Of a stretch of DNA of 32,000 nucleotides, positions 30,497 through 32,000 are shown one piece after another. The DNA lies in contig NZ_CP146064.1 in NCBI RefSeq assembly GCF_037013405.1, positions 510,001-542,000 on the forward strand, given 5' to 3'. Position 1 is the stretch's first letter. Each line of letters starts with the position of its first letter. The notes beneath the pieces were generated by a model, which made no database searches, was not told the DNA's origin, and saw only the letters and a list, made by a program, of their open reading frames with translations. Source of the DNA: Candidatus Nanosynbacter sp. BB002. GTDB taxonomy: Bacteria > Patescibacteriota > Saccharimonadia > Saccharimonadales > Saccharimonadaceae. Both the position numbers and the translations under genes were made by a program.

Positions 30497-30961
30497 TTAT
30501 TTTATTTCTTGCGCCGCCAAAATCCGCGCCTGAATTTCGTCCAGCTGGGCGTCATCCATTTTTGGACCATCAGCAGTGGTCAGCCAACCCGGATATTCCG
30601 CGTAAAATGCCTGCTCATGCGACACTGCCGAGCCAATACCCTTCGCTAAGTCACCATGCAGCGGTACCAGCTTGGCATGCACATGCGCCACGCCTGTCCC
30701 CTCAAAAATCAATGCCACTCGCGGCGTATCGAAAGCTTTTTCTAAAATATTAGCAACCTTTTTCACTGCCAGCATCATCTCAGAATACAATTCATCATCC
30801 AAGGAAAATACGTAATCGCCTGGATTCTGTTTCGGTATTACCACGGTAAAGCCCGGTGTATTGGGAAACGGCGTGAGAAACGCTAAAAATTTCTCATCTT
30901 CCCAGACTTTCCAAGATTTCATTTTACCTGACACGATATCGTCAAAAATTGTGTAATTCAT
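30497..30961 (-). CDS. HIT-family protein with variant histidine triad (H-V-H-A-K)
   Basis: 154 aa. KVWEDEKFLAFLTPFPNTPGFTVVIPK and GVAHVHAKLVP align with the HIT fold (V-Y-E-D..-AFLD..P...GH.LVIPK; H-x-H-x-H-x-x-P). The third His is replaced by Lys. SD AGGAGGAG is present. Confidence 0.65.
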   Translation of the reverse strand: MNYTIFDDIVSGKMKSWKVWEDEKFLAFLTPFPNTPGFTVVIPKQNPGDYVFSLDDELYSEMMLAVKKVANILEKAFDTPRVALIFEGTGVAHVHAKLVPLHGDLAKGIGSAVSHEQAFYAEYPGWLTTADGPKMDDAQLDEIQARILAAQEIK

Positions 30962-30970
30962 ACTCCTCCT

Positions 30971-32000
30971 TTACGCAAATAAATCGTTCAATGCCTCACT
31001 CACCGTTGGATGAGTGAATATTTGGTCACGCAGTACAGTATATGGTAGGTCATTATCCATTACAGTTTTGATAATATTAATGACTTCTGGTGAGTTACGA
31101 CACAATAAACTAGCACCCAAAATTTGTTCAGTGTTTGCGTCAATCACCGCACGCAGCAAGCCTGTTGTAGCATTATCAACATGCAGGCGTGGAATCGCCA
31201 TAGCAGGCAACTCTTTTACGATAATTTCGCGCCCCGTCGCACGCGCCTCAGCCTCTGTCATACCCACCCGACCTAGCGGCGTTTGCATAAAGACCGCGTA
31301 CGGCAAGATTTTTTGTTTGGCGCGAGTGTACAGACCATCGCCCAGCAACTGGCTTCTCACAATCCGAAAATCGTCCAGCGACGCATAGGTAAATTGTGGC
31401 CCGCCCGTTACATCGCCCATTGCCCAAATATGCGACCGACTAGTGCGAAGTGTTTCATCAACCACAATTGCCCCGCGCTCATCCGTCGCTACACCAGCAG
31501 CTGGTAAATTCAAGCTCATCGTCGCCGGGCGACGGCCCGTAGCCATCAAAACCGCATCATAACCAGCGTAATCATCATGATTTACTGTGCGAATCGTCGC
31601 AGTAGACTCACCCTCAATCGCTGTCACATCCACACTAAACACAATCTCGATACCCTGTGCCTGCAATGCTTCAGTAGTAGCCCGAGCAATTGCTGGATCT
31701 TCACGTGCAAGCAGAGCATCACCCCTCTCAAATACTGTTACTTTTGTACCAAGTTTGGCATAAGTTGAGGCAAATTCTAACCCAATATAACCGCCACCAA
31801 TGATAGCTAGCTGTTTTGGCTGTGTCATTTTATCCAGCAATTCAGTACTGGTATATACAAACGGCTTATCAACACCTGGAATATCTGGGATGATTGATTC
31901 CGCACCGGTGTTAATAAAAATCTGCGGTGCACTCACTATTAGCTCGTCGTCACCCGCCATAACCTTCACAGTACGATCATCTACAAACGATGCCTCACCC
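30971..32000 (-). CDS. class I pyridine nucleotide-disulfide oxidoreductase, partial (N-terminus beyond the window)
   Basis: The frame stays open from 31969 to the window edge (GEASFVDDRTVKVMAGDD...). It has the NAD(P)H-binding IIGGGYIGLEFAS, GDVTGGPQFTYAS and a C-terminal dimerisation domain with THPTVSEALNDLF. The N-terminal FAD/redox-Cys region is not visible. Confidence 0.8.
   Translation of the reverse strand, partial: GEASFVDDRTVKVMAGDDELIVSAPQIFINTGAESIIPDIPGVDKPFVYTSTELLDKMTQPKQLAIIGGGYIGLEFASTYAKLGTKVTVFERGDALLAREDPAIARATTEALQAQGIEIVFSVDVTAIEGESTATIRTVNHDDYAGYDAVLMATGRRPATMSLNLPAAGVATDERGAIVVDETLRTSRSHIWAMGDVTGGPQFTYASLDDFRIVRSQLLGDGLYTRAKQKILPYAVFMQTPLGRVGMTEAEARATGREIIVKELPAMAIPRLHVDNATTGLLRAVIDANTEQILGASLLCRNSPEVINIIKTVMDNDLPYTVLRDQIFTHPTVSEALNDLFA

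Noticed and set aside
1-32000. CRISPR arrays, rRNA/tRNA genes, IS elements, integrases, prophage genes
   Set aside because: By eye I saw no regularly spaced repeats, no cloverleaf-like intergenic sequences and no transposase, integrase or recombinase-like ORFs. Intergenic space is too small almost everywhere. A tRNAscan, Infernal or ISfinder run would be needed to be definitive.

Overview
Gene-dense 32 kb window with about 31 CDS, mostly on the minus strand. Many stop/start overlaps and several C-terminally reduced proteins fit a small-genome monoderm bacterium, possibly Patescibacteria/Saccharibacteria-like, but taxonomy cannot be proven from this window. All family calls come from motif recognition by eye; no HMM or BLAST search was possible.

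Layout:
- 1-19.3 kb is core housekeeping: argG(partial)-argH, a LOG-family gene, an fba-pfkB-hypothetical operon, and a translationally coupled gap-rpiB-rpe-split-transketolase operon. These are followed by an MFS transporter, a short Rel (p)ppGpp enzyme, ppa, trxB, an FKBP PPIase, an ABC exporter, pheT and an AlkD-like repair protein.
- 19.3-32 kb is accessory-like. It holds an orphan 347-aa protein with a possibly degenerate nucleotidyl-cyclase-like C-terminus and a MacB-type ABC system (two FtsX-type permeases plus an ATPase).
- Next comes a compositionally mosaic segment at 23.7-27.5 kb. It contains a foreign-looking GNAT-GNAT-ASCH fusion, two further ASCH-like genes, an unknown 125-aa protein, a truncated YetF/DUF421 remnant and a low-GC GrpB gene.
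- The window ends with a co-directional string: oxidoreductase, HIT, alpha/beta-hydrolase, response regulator, histidine kinase.

I saw no rRNA, tRNA, CRISPR array, transposase or integrase.

Most interesting candidates:
1. The triple ASCH/PUA-like gene cluster with a tandem-GNAT fusion (23.9-26.0 kb).
2. An unannotated promoter / hairpin / 55-aa hydrophobic ORF / long hairpin cassette in the fba-tkt spacer (4.7-5.1 kb).
3. A roughly 120-nt multi-stem inverted-repeat element between rel and ppa.
4. A recurring TGATATAAT extended -10 box placed 6-10 nt from ATG codons, implying leaderless mRNAs.
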